The position numbers and the translations under genes are program-made. From Dimorphilus gyrociliatus (taxonomy: Eukaryota; Animalia; Annelida), in contig CAJFCJ010000007.1 in NCBI GenBank assembly GCA_904063045.1, positions 2,425,404 through 2,489,403 on the forward strand: a DNA stretch of 64,000 nt, read 5' to 3'. Of the stretch, positions 21,723-33,499 are shown piece by piece. Within the stretch, counting starts at the first letter, position 1. Each line of letters opens with the position of its first letter. The notes beneath the pieces are model-generated. The model saw only the letters and a program-made list of their open reading frames with translations. It ran no database searches and had not been told where the DNA came from.

Positions 21723-22224
21723 AATTTTAGGAGAATTTGACTGATTATAGACGTTAATTTTATCGGTGAGGGTGACATTATACATGTGTTCATCATTTAT
21801 TACTCGTGTATCGTCTTTCTCGTCTTTGACTGTGCACGCTTTTGTTATTTTTATTAGGATCGAAAATCTACTGCAGAAATAAAGGCCTACTTAATAAACT
21901 AAATAAAAGATAAAAGTTTTCGCGAGTTTGAAACATTTTTTAAGCAGTTTTACAAAAAAAGTGACTAGAGTTTAGTGTTGTCTAAAAATTTTAAAATGGT
22001 GTTTTCTAGTTTTTAAAAATTAATCGGCCATTTTGAAAATCTTTAATTTGAAAATTTAACACGTTGGTCTCTTTCGCAAACTGTGAAAATTTCGAAGTTT
22101 GCTAGTGAGTTTGACACTTAGTGCTCAACTATAGTATAAAAGGCCAGCGGATTCCTAGTCAAATCAGAGTCATCAGTTGGTATATTTTAAACACTAAAAG
22201 AAAGAAAGAGCAAGAGAGAAAAAA

Positions 22225-23461
22225 ATGGCGTTTTGGTTTCTCATTCTCCTCTCCGTAGTGTCAAGTTCCTTAGCTGGTAAAAGTGATATCGCTTCGACGA
22301 AATTGAAGACTACGGATGGTAAGGAGGAAATTGTCATCCCGAGAGATACACCAACTCGCATAGAACTGCTTATGACGTTGACAAATCATGGACCTGATGA
22401 TTTATTTGCAAGTGGAAAGAACCTTGACAACTTTCTCTTCAGAGTAGAAGTACGTATTTATATTTTATTGTATATAATGTTTGTAAGTTGTTATAATTGT
22501 CCTTTTTCGTTCTTGATAGATCGTTGAATCAGGTAACGAGGGAGCTGTAAATGACTATAAAATAGCGTCTTCAAACAACGTTGATATGGGACTTCTAGAT
22601 GGTGAAAGCAGACAAATTGATCTTGAAACTGAAAAGTTGGTTATTACTAGCGCTCAGTGTTCAAAGAATATGAAGCTTTGTGCCTGTACTAAGCCCGTCA
22701 AAAATATCATTCCACCAGCACAAGTTAAAGCATCTTATGAAGATACAAATGTTGCCAATGACGTTACTTGTATGAGTATTAGCTGTGCTGGAGGAAGCAG
22801 CAGTAGCGGTGATCCACATATTCTTGTATACGGAAAAGCCGCAACTGACCCACTATGTTTTGACATTTTTGGCTACCCTGGCAGACAATTCATCATGTTG
22901 AATGACACTGTTGGAGGTTGGGGCATGTATGCATCAAGTCTTGATGATAAATACTTCCATATCGTTGTTGTTGAGACGAGAACTTCGCACGTTACCATCG
23001 ATACCCGCGGAGTACCAAACACTGGTCTTACTTGGAAGACTGGTGGAGAAGCCCGAATCGGAGATATCACCGTTAATCATGAAGCTAACTCAAAGAAGAT
23101 GAGAGTTGAAACTGGTAGTGAAGAACGCAAAGTTGTGTTTTTGATCAGCCTTGAAAAACACTCTATTTCTACTAAACACTTGGACATCCAGGTTGAAGAA
23201 CACAGAATCCTTGATGAAAACGTCGGCGGTTTGCTTGGACACGCCAAAAAGAATTACGTAGGAGCTAAAGGTGCAGTACAAAATGTACCTTCGGCCTACG
23301 GAGCCGTTAAGATCGGAGATCGTTTCTTTGGAGCAAGATCTGCACAGAGAGGAAATAAGAACTGCTGGCTCGTTAGTCCAGAAGAAGCTCTCTATCCATA
23401 CACTAGCGAAATGTTCTTGGTTCCTGAAGATGACGAAGATATGAGCTTTAGCGTTGTTTAA
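22225..23461 (+). CDS. Secreted protein with CARDB/Ig-like N-terminal domain and ITIH C-terminal-like (GDPH) domain
   Basis: Signal peptide MAFWFLILLSVVSSSLA; exons 22225-22449 and 22520-23461; GDPHILV...PLCFDIFGYPG resembles the ITIH heavy-chain C-terminal pro-domain start. Confidence 0.7.
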
Positions 23462-23786
23462 ACACTTAGCTTAGATGACGAACTCAAGTGCCATAAACTG
23501 ATGACTTTATTTTCTTCTTGTGCTCTCCTATATAATCTGAGTTGAAAATTTTACTAGTTTGTGCCGTTAAACGTTCAATAATTTTACTTAGATTAGTTGG
23601 ATTCTACCAACTCGTCATTCGTTTACCTGTTGGCATTGTCTTAAAAATTTATTTTTACGATAATGTTTACACCTAGTCTGCGCTTAATTGAGTTTGCCTA
23701 TGTGTATAAACTGTGTTAACGACTTTTCGTATATTTTTATATGAATTGATGTGACTGAGGGCAAGAATACACTTTTCACTTTTTAC

Positions 23787-26700
23787 TTAAATTTTTTTGT
23801 TTAAAATTTTTTCGTCTTTATCGTTTTCGCTAACTATGTAGGAACCGGAAGATGATGAAAAAATGGTGGTAGACAATCGTTGAGATCTGTCCTGGTTTTT
23901 TCTACTTGGATCCCTGCTTTTCTAATGGAAAAATTGACTTGAAGGTAAAATATGGCTTTATTGAAAGAAATTACCTGTAAGCTCTCCATGGTTTTTGCCT
24001 CTTGGTGTTTGAGTTTATGCGCTTGGGTATTTGCCGCCTGATTGTTTTGGATTCGAGATAGTAAAGTATTCTCTGAACGATCATAGAGTAGTTTTGAGAT
24101 GCTAGAATTTATACTGTTTTCCTTTGACTTTGAATATCTATAACTGCAGTAGAAACCGCAAGATACTCCTAAAATTATACCCACAATGAGCGTGCCTGAT
24201 GATAATAAAAATAGCATTGCGTAATTGACGTCTCTCTCTTTACTTCCTTTGATCTTGGATTGAAGATTAATTGTTAGATTTTTCAACGCTTCTAGTTTAC
24301 ATTTCTTTCCCGACACATACTTCAAAAACCCTTTATGGCATTTATAGACGCCAGTTTCTGTTTTTTTTGAAGTCTTCTCACGACCTTTTTCATTCGGTTT
24401 ATCTGATTTACTCGAGCTGATAAACGACCTCGTAACTATCTTTGAAGAACGACTATCCATTGCATGATGTGTAGGACGATAATTTTTACAGTTATTCGAA
24501 CAGTCGAAACCATAGGTGCCTTCCGGACACAACTCTGTACAACCTTTTCCAGTATAACCAGGTAAACATTTAACATTAAGACAATAACCAGTGATAGGAT
24601 TACAATTTCCATAGTTGTGAAAGCAGAAGCCACATTTTTTTTGGCAATTTTCACCGAATTCCCCACTTTCACACGTTAGTGAGCAGTTTTTTCCCTTAAA
24701 ACCAGACTTGCAGAGACCGTCTCGGCAATATCCACTAACCGGATCGCAGTCTTTTCGTTTGCAGTTTGCTGAACACTTTAAAGAGCAATCTCTTCCATAG
24801 CTTCCAATAGGACAAGGGGTATCACACTTTGAGCTAATGAATCCTGCTAGACATCTCTGCTCTCGAACTGGACACAAGCCAGTAACCTTGTCGCAAGCCG
24901 CTCCTCCCCAACATGCTCCACAAGACCTTTTACAACTTGGACCATATTTTCCCCGTGGACATTCTTCTTGGCACCGTGATCCTAGCCATCCAGCATCACA
25001 TGATAATTTAAAACAATATCCGTTCTTAGGATCGCAAACTGGTTTGGCCATTTTAAATAAACATCGCTTGCTGCAGGCAAATTGACAATTTCTTCCCCAT
25101 AGGCCATTGGCGCAAACATTCTTGCACCTCGGTCCTGAATAACCATCATCACAACCAAAATTTAAAGGTTTACAGAATCCAGTTACAGAATCGCACGAAT
25201 TTCTACCAGAAGAGCAAAAGCCACACCGCTCTAAGCATTTTAAACCATAGAATCCTCTAGGACAGGCTTCATTACATTTAGGTCCAATGAATCCAGGTTT
25301 GCAATGTTGTCCCGGACATTCACCTGTTGCGTGGTGGCAAGGTAAGCTTTTACAATTGTCACTACACACGTTGTTACAACCATTTCCCCAAAGACCGGAT
25401 GCACAAAGGCTTTGGCATTGATCCCCTGTATATCCAGCCCTACATCTCAGATTTGGACAGTTGCCTGTCACTGCGTCGCACGGCTCTTCGAGGCAGTTTT
25501 GTGAGCAGCGTTTATTGCAGCCTTGTCCAAAAGTTCCAGGTGAACAGATGCTATTACAAAAAGGTCCATGCCATCCAGCGGGACAACCATTTAAGCAAAT
25601 ACCATTAGTTTTATTACAAATATTATGAGCACATTTATTACATTTCAATGAACAATTTTGACCAAAAAATCCACTGGAGCAACTTCTAGAACAATACGAT
25701 CCCACATATCCCTTTTTACAAATATTCCTTAAACAAATACCATTTGTTGGATCACATCCAATCTGGCAATTATGGCAAGAATTTTTACAATTAGAATCAT
25801 AATTTGAAAGACTACAAGTTTCATTACACATTGGGCCGGATAGACCGGGTACGCAGGCTTTACATTGCCCTAAATATAATTTATTATATAACAGTATAGA
25901 ATGGAAAGTTTGAATCAAATTATATAATTGCCTGTTTTTGGATGACAATCGTCATCTAAACAGTAATCTAGGCATTTAGATTTACAATCATAACCGAAAT
26001 CTCCTTTTTTGCACCTGATATTGCAATTAGTTCCCGTATAACCTGGATAACAAAGACAGTATTCTTCTCCATTGAAATATCTTCTACACACACCTTCAAT
26101 GCATTTTAGCCTATAAAACTAACTATTATTATTTTATTACAATAGCGATATTATTCTTCTACTAACGAACACTTGTTCACTTTACGATGACAAGCGAAAG
26201 GTAAGTTTCTTTTAGGACAAATCGAATTTTTCCATTCATTACTGGAAATTTCAAATGAATAGATAATATTTATATATAATATACTTTCTAATAAAAACTG
26301 GTACTTTGTTAAATCTATACAATGACTCTGATTTTGTCCATTAGTTGTTTCTATCCAAAAACCATCAATAGCGTATTTAACATTACAAATCTTTAATAAC
26401 TTGTACTTTAGACGAGTTTCGTAACTAATTTAAATAACATTCTTTATAATAATAAAGAAAGTACAAGCGCAAAAGTAGATTTACTTGGATATATGATAAT
26501 CAAATGAAGGATTGGACGTATTAGAGAGAATCTTTAAAAATATATGAATAAATTATGTAAATTAGATAAAAAAACTTATATTATTTTATTAAGTAAACAA
26601 ACCTGAAACCATTTTTCATGAAAGCTAGTAGAATTTCTCGGTATAAATAAAACACTAATATTCTTTTCAGTAGTTAAAGTATTAAGAAGTTGCTTTAGAT

Positions 26701-27268
26701 AAAGATATTTGTTAATCTTGTTACGGATTAGAAGGATTATCGAAGTAATTTTTATAAATTTAATAGATTCTAAATCGTTTATGTTGAATACTTTTCTGCG
26801 ATATTTTACCGTATTTATATATACAATATATATATATGCGTATTGTTAACCTTTTATCCAACCAATTCCCTAACTTTTCTTCTAAATGATCATAACTATC
26901 AGTTAATAATGATAAATTATTATAACACCTATTAGGATAGCGATTTGTCATTGAACTTCCATATATTAAGTTGGCTACGGTTTCTTTAGATTTGATATCT
27001 TCCTATTATATTGGGAAGAAATCTAATAAATTACTCTTTACAGGATAAAATTACTATATAAAATAATAACCCAACTGATTAATGATGAATTTAAATTTTT
27101 ACAAGTCTCAAAAGCATCTTCGTACGAATAAGGTGATGTGATAAATCGAATACAACCCCGAACTGATTCATTCCAATTAAAGTCGTTTGAACATAAATCT
27201 GAATAAACAATTTGAGCTATGTTGAATAAGAGAAGTAAATGTAAAGAATAAAGAATTTTGGTGCTCAT
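23787..27268 (-). CDS. Type I membrane receptor: signal peptide, C-type lectin-like domain, ~10 laminin-type EGF repeats (MEGF10/SCARF-like), TM, cytoplasmic tail
   Basis: MSTKILYSLHLLLLFNIAQIVYS signal; CSNDFNWNESVRGCIRF...AFETC and GFWIE...WKNSICPKRNLPFAC CTL halves; ten CxxxxGxC repeat cores; TM YAMLFLLSSGTLIVGIILGVSCGFYC; stop at 23787 if the last 53-nt intron is spliced, otherwise 23834. Confidence 0.8.
25870..25931 (-). other. GC-AG intron (62 nt)
   Basis: CHPKT g|GCAATT...TTTAG|gg restores CHPKTGQC; unspliced frame hits TGA and no in-phase GT donor precedes it. Confidence 0.8.
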
Positions 27269-27577
27269 AATTTTATTATACACTTTTACTGAATCTTAAA
27301 TTTAAAAAACACGCAAATTCAAATCAAAAAAAAAAAAAATTTTGTGTTTTGTAGTTAAAGAATATAGAAAAAAAAATGGAATTTTTTTTTAAATCTATTC
27401 CTTTCCTCTTTATACATAAAATTCTTTTTGAATTTTCAGACAAAAAGAAACAAAGCAGAGTGAAAAAAATTATATTCCTTTCTCTTTTTATATGGGAGAA
27501 AACCCATATGGGGAACCCAACCAAAAAATATCTATTATTGAGGGAAGTTGTTTAATGATAACTTTTCTTTTTCGAAT

Positions 27578-30500
27578 TTAAATTTCTAAAGCTTTAAGCT
27601 CGGCAACAACGTCTGCTTCGGATTTTATCTTTTCCAATTGATTCAATTCGAGTTTCTTTCCTTCAGTTTGTAGACTTTTTAAGTTTTCGATTTGTCGTAG
27701 TTTCTGTCAAATATTTTTTAATATGTGAATATGTATTGTATTTATTTTATGATAATGGCTTAAAGTCACCTTTCTCAAATTCCTAATCTTTTTATCCTTT
27801 TCGGGATCCCCACTTGAATCAAACACTTCTGCTGCAGTTTTTCTAGGAGCGCTACTAGGTTCAGTATTACTTTCATTTACCCTATTCCTTTTAGCTTCTC
27901 TCTTCTTTCGATTTTTAAGAGCGCTTTTCGACATTGACTCTGTTTAATTATTTGAAAATGTTTACATCTTAGAAAACTATTGTTTCTTGGAAATATGAAA
28001 AATATAAAAGTTTTATTAACCTTCGGTTTTATTCCTAACATTTGATGGTGGCTCATAATCATCTCTTACCTTAGGCGTTGTTGGCTGGGGTCTTCCCCTA
28101 AGAGCAGGTGGAACGTATACTTTCGCTATTCAAATAAATCGAAGATTTCTCCAATCATTTTTGCTAGTTCAACAACTCGGTTATTTTGTATATATATACC
28201 TTGACCATTGGTAGTACTTGTACTCGCCGTAGGCCTAGTAGACACGAATTGTATAGGCTTAACTTTGAAGTCCTTGTTTGGTCTCCAGCATACTTCCCAC
28301 AGTTCCTTGAAACTTTTTTCATATATCAAATTTCCATTGTAATTCCATACCTACAATTTTTCAAATTAATTTAATAAATTAAAGTGTTCCAATGCTCTTA
28401 CTTTGAATCCATTTCCAACTCTCAATCTAGGTGCACATGTAGCAGTTATCACATGAACGCCATCTGGAGCCCATCTGAAAAGTGTTGTATCGGAGAAAGT
28501 GGTTGAGTTGATTTTCTTTTTCTGAGCAACGTCCCAAAATTCTACATCTCCTTTTAAGTTGCCGAAACCGCAAATGGCTAAAAGTAAACTCAAGCGCTAA
28601 GGATAGTTAAACCTATTATAATATTAGAATTATTCCCATCAAGTTTTGCGCATTATTGAAAGCAGGCAAGTAATAAGTAAACTTTTACTAAAAGGCTAGC
28701 TTTATCCCTTCACCCAGAATAAGACTAATAAAATAAATATCTCAGCTATTAATTGATTGTACAAAAAAAGGATATTGTTGCCAAATGGATTATAATATGC
28801 ACAATTTCTCGCTCCAGTGCCGAAATCGAAAATTGGATCGCATTTCAAGTTATAAATTGTCACTTTAGCAGGCATAACTGAAAACAAAATGAGGACAACA
28901 AATGTTTATTAGTTTTCAGAATAACTTATCTTTTTAATATAGTAAATAATTACTTACATCCATAAACAACACAAAATTCCTTATCACTTGGAGCCCACTC
29001 AACATGATACACTGGACCATTCTTGTCTATTGATAGAATAAAGTAAGTTTTATATATGAAATAAAAAATCGTACGGTGTAATTTGATTTGTAACATATTG
29101 CCTTTGTACTTTAAGATAATTAGTCACTTAACCTCTGGATATCAGGCAGCTATCTCCCTTTGCTGAGAGAAAATGAAGTCCCGACTCTCCATAATACGAG
29201 TCTGCCGAAGTATCTGTTGCAGTTACAATAATGACTGCACTTCCTCTGTTATTCCATAGCATATCAACTTTATCCGCCTTATAGAAGCTTCTGTTCCCTA
29301 CGACTTCCTCCGAGCGGAAGTTGGGATATTTGAAGAGTCTAACAAACGACGGTTGACCTTTCTGACCAGGAACATATACACTAACCATAGGATCACCCCT
29401 AACCTTGGTTGTAATTCGAAAATCTTCAATTCTACCAATTTGTAAACGTTTTGGTGGAGAAGCTAAAAAGAATTTTGATAACAAAAAGTGTCTACTAATT
29501 TTTCGGCTAAATTGTTGTTTTACTCTCGTTTTCTCTTTTTCTGAAAACACTATTAAAGTGATGAAACTTACCAAAGTCATTATTTGTGTAGAAATGAACT
29601 TCACTATTGTGTAGTCTTGCACACAACGATTCGTCACTTGTCCAATACACTTCACTAAAAAGATAATGTTTTGCCTATATCTTTTGTATCTTGCATGAAA
29701 GAATCACAACATTTTAAATGTTAAAATAATACATACCATCCACTTCTTTCACGTCTTCTGAATGATATTAGTTCATTTCCTGTTTCTGATTCGTAAATGC
29801 TTGCATTGTTTACACCTTCTTTTTCTCCAGCTTTTACTGTCAATGTGAAATCATTAACTCTGGCACATACGTTTTATGACATTTGATTTTTCTGGAAAAA
29901 TGTCAAAATATGCTACCTTGGTAAGGTTCCCATAAACTGATATGAGTCCCCAGTGGAGAGAACTGTATTAATACTGTTCTCGGTCGATTGATCAAACACT
30001 TCTCTGTTTGAGTTTCTACATGGATCACATGGACACTGGAAAGGTAAATTATATATGTGTGCATGTCTTGTCTAGTCAAGAGCTTCAAAAAGTGATAGAA
30101 AATGTAAAACGTTCAAGTGGCATATTAGATGGTCTAGTCACAAAATTTCTCACCCGTTCTCGTCACAATATGCAAAGTATTCCCCATTTGCGCTAAACGA
30201 CATCACTCTGGCAGCAGAGGGCCTCCTATTGGTAAATTTTTTTTCTTGAGAATTGACAAAATAGAATAGGATAACTGTCGGACAGTATATTTTCCTTACC
30301 CACAGAAACCTTCATGCTCAGAGTAATCTTCTTTCCCAGAAAAAATTTCAACTCCATCAGAGCTTCTTGCTGCAAATAAATTATGCATCATATATAATGT
30401 GTAATAATTCACGTGTTTATCAATCCGTATATCCTGCTTGCCCTCTTTATTATCTTAAATAAATCATTCTCCGCTGAGATGTTGTTGAAATTATATCACA

Positions 30501-30591
30501 TTTAAAATTAAACAAGTTGTATATTACTTTATTAATGTGGCATATTACCTGTAAACCACAGTTTTTCCTCATTTTCTTTGACACTTGCCAT
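27578..30591 (-). CDS. EIF2A: Eukaryotic translation initiation factor 2A (WD-propeller eIF2A)
   Basis: FYKADKVDMLWN, SYYGESGLHF, GPVYHVEWAP, FDFGTGARNCAYYNPFGN|ILAICGFGNLKG, TCAPRLRVGNG, MSKSALKNRKKREAK and DPEKDKKIRNLRKKLRQIENLK motifs across about 14 exons. Confidence 0.96.
28584..28775 (-). other. U12-type (minor spliceosome) AT-AC intron in eIF2A
   Basis: 5'SS ATATCCTTT at 28775-28767, branch TATCCTTAGC at 28605-28596, 3'SS AC at 28585-28584; removal gives PFGN-I-LAICGFGNL in frame. Confidence 0.9.
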
Positions 30592-31310
30592 TTTGAGCGA
30601 TAATGCACAAGCCAGATGATTTACATAAACTCTTGTCTAAATAATTATGAGTTATGTCCTATAACGTTTAAATAGGCCTTAAAAATCTTTCTTTTAAAGA
30701 ATTTATAATTTTTACGCACCCTCAGTAATTTTTTGTCTTTTTAAATATTATGAATATACTGGGACCAAACATGGACACCAGTACAAAAGAACAAGAATGG
30801 ATTTTTTTATACGAGTTTCTTTTTCTTTTTTTGGCGGGAAATTTTCAATATTTAAAAGAATTTTTGTATGGTGTGATTTGAAGATTACAACGAAAATTTA
30901 AGTTATTTATAACATGATTTAACACATGCCTAATTAGTTAGAAACAATTACATTATAGAGGATAAAATTCTTAATGCCTGATTGTTGTGAATAAAGAGAT
31001 AAAAGAACTGATTAAATTTGGAAAAGATATTGAAGCTGTTTTTTATTTTTCTGTCAAAAGAAAATAACTATACCATATCACTATGCTAGATAGATTTCAA
31101 AGTTCCTTTTTTATCATTTTATCATAAAAAAAAGAGAAACAAGAAGGTTTCTTTCTTCATTACAGCTTTATATACCAGGGGAAATCTTTCTATAATTAAA
31201 AAAGACTGGTTGTTTGTATTTAAATAAACTTTTTATTGAATTACTTTAAATATACAGATATCTCTACAAATACATATATCTATATAGATTGTGAAATTTT
31301 AGAATATCAT

Positions 31311-32737
31311 TTAGTTAGGATCGATGTCGAAGTTTATAAGGTTAATGAGTTGACCTCTGTCGAAACCCAAACAGTATTCATTTGTTTCGAGTGGTTCGTC
31401 GTCAATGCGATATTCCAAAGTTACATCTATGAAGCTGTTGATAAAAAAAAAGTCATCGCAGAAAAGTTATCATATTTGGTTAGAGGAGAAATCTGACCCT
31501 CATTTTACTTACAATTCAATGTTTTCAACAACACGTAGCTTTACTGTGCCTGTAATTTTTTGTCCTTGTTGTAAATTTTTTGGTTCCTTGAAATAGCAAA
31601 CAGTCGATTTCCAATGCGTTGGCTGTGACAATGGTGAAGTGTCTAAGAGAGTGCCATTGGGAAACAGGATATCAAAAAATATACTGAATCCGTGAACGAG
31701 CCCATCACTGACAATTTCCAAATCATAGTCTCCGTAAACACAATTTGCTTCCTCAAAACTCATAGTTTTGAAATCTAATGTCTTGAACATTGCTGGTTCG
31801 CTCCTCAAGAAGTGTTTTCTTATAGATTTTTGGAAAGCTCTGCTGGATAAGCTGTCTCTAGCTCTTGGAATAAGATGATTCATCTTTACGCCATACATAG
31901 CTTTGAAGTTTTGAAAGAAGGATTCTATTCTACCTGCAAAGTCTGGATCACTTATGGCACTAATATATAAATTACCACCACAAGGTAAGATCTCTCCATC
32001 TGGTTTCAAATATTTATCTCTAACGCTACAAAGGAAAGTAAACATTCCTTCAGCGATTATACTCATTCCAATAGGTTCAGAAACGATGACGTCAACTTTT
32101 TCGGGTAAATCAACGAGAAGTGCATCATCATGAATAACTTCTACAATATCTGATAAACCGTTAGCCTTTGCAGCTTCAATAATGTGTTTATAGTTATCAG
32201 TAATTTCGACGGCATAAACTTTTTTCGCTCCAGCTTGTGCGCACCACAATGCCAAAATTCCAAAGCCACTTCCAGCATCAAGAACAACTTTGCCTTTTAT
32301 TTTATTTTTTTCAAAGATTCCTCTTTTATAGTGAAGCATCCGACTCGAATCGGCTAACATCAAATAATGTTGGAACATGTCGTAGTATACGCTATATAAA
32401 TATATTAATATCATTAAAGCAACTATATTATTATATGATGAAGATAAACTACTTTCTAAGGTATAGAAGTTTATTCAGCAATAGAATACTAAATTGAAAT
32501 ACTTATATATAAATAGTCCGCATGTATTTCCTCCGACAAAGAGGAAAAAATTGCTCTAACATATGAAAAAAGCAATGATAGTTACCCTTCACCAATAACA
32601 TCGGCTTGTGGCATAAGGCGACCTGAGTTGAAGTCATGGAAGATGTCCCGACTGGTTTTACCAAGCTTTTTTGCCTCATCTAATGTTGTATAGAGGATTT
32701 TGTGAGAGTTTCCATTTTCTTTTATTTCAGACGACAT
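31311..32737 (-). CDS. Type I protein arginine methyltransferase, CARM1-like catalytic core only
   Basis: VLDAGSGFG (motif I), VYAVE, VDVIVSEPIG...E double-E loop, THW loop; last exon FIDVTLEYRIDD...; ATG 32737. One 5' splice junction is unresolved. Confidence 0.88.
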
Positions 32738-33499
32738 TTTCAAATTTTCTTTTCGTTTTTCGATTCAAACGAGAATTGTATGAAGTTTTTCAAACTCACA
32801 TTCTTCTTTTATTCAAAATATCTGGATTAATAGGCCACAAATTGAGAGTTTATCACAGGATTTGAACGATAAGACTGATAAATAATTTTACTTTTCTTTT
32901 TAACATAAAAAAATTCACTTAATAGGAAATGATTTGCTATTCAAATTGAATATGACTATCTCATTACCTCTTTGCATATGCATATGAAGTCTATCATCAG
33001 TGATTTGATAAAATACCAATTAAATTCTCTTCTCTTAGTCTATTCTTTTTTTTCCCAATACGAAAGAGGAAAAGTTATTTTAAGAGTTAAAAAGTGTTCA
33101 TTTTATTAGAAAACTTGTTAAAAACTCTAGACCCCTTTTGAACATTTCTAATAAAATTTTTAAGAGGTTAGTGATATGCAAACTACATAAGTAATATCTA
33201 AATATAGTTATTAGTATCAATTTATTACCTTCTTCTAAATTTGCATCATGTGTCCTAAATTCAAAGTAAATTTAGGTAATCATTCACTTATATTACAGTA
33301 AATTCAGCCTAGAATGTTCTCATATTTGACTGAGATTTATAGGTTATTAGTTTGAAATTTTTTTGAAAAAACACATGCATATTCATAAAATCCCATTGAT
33401 GTCATAAACACAAATATAAAATATGTTGCTTTTTCTTTTCGTAATTTATTATTATGAAGAAAAGAAATTAATTTAAATATGTCAAGGTTTTATTATCAG

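Noticed and set aside
28570-28590. AG acceptor at 28579-28578 as a conventional 3' site for the eIF2A intron
   Set aside because: No in-phase GT donor; the AT-AC solution has full U12 consensus and restores conserved residues.
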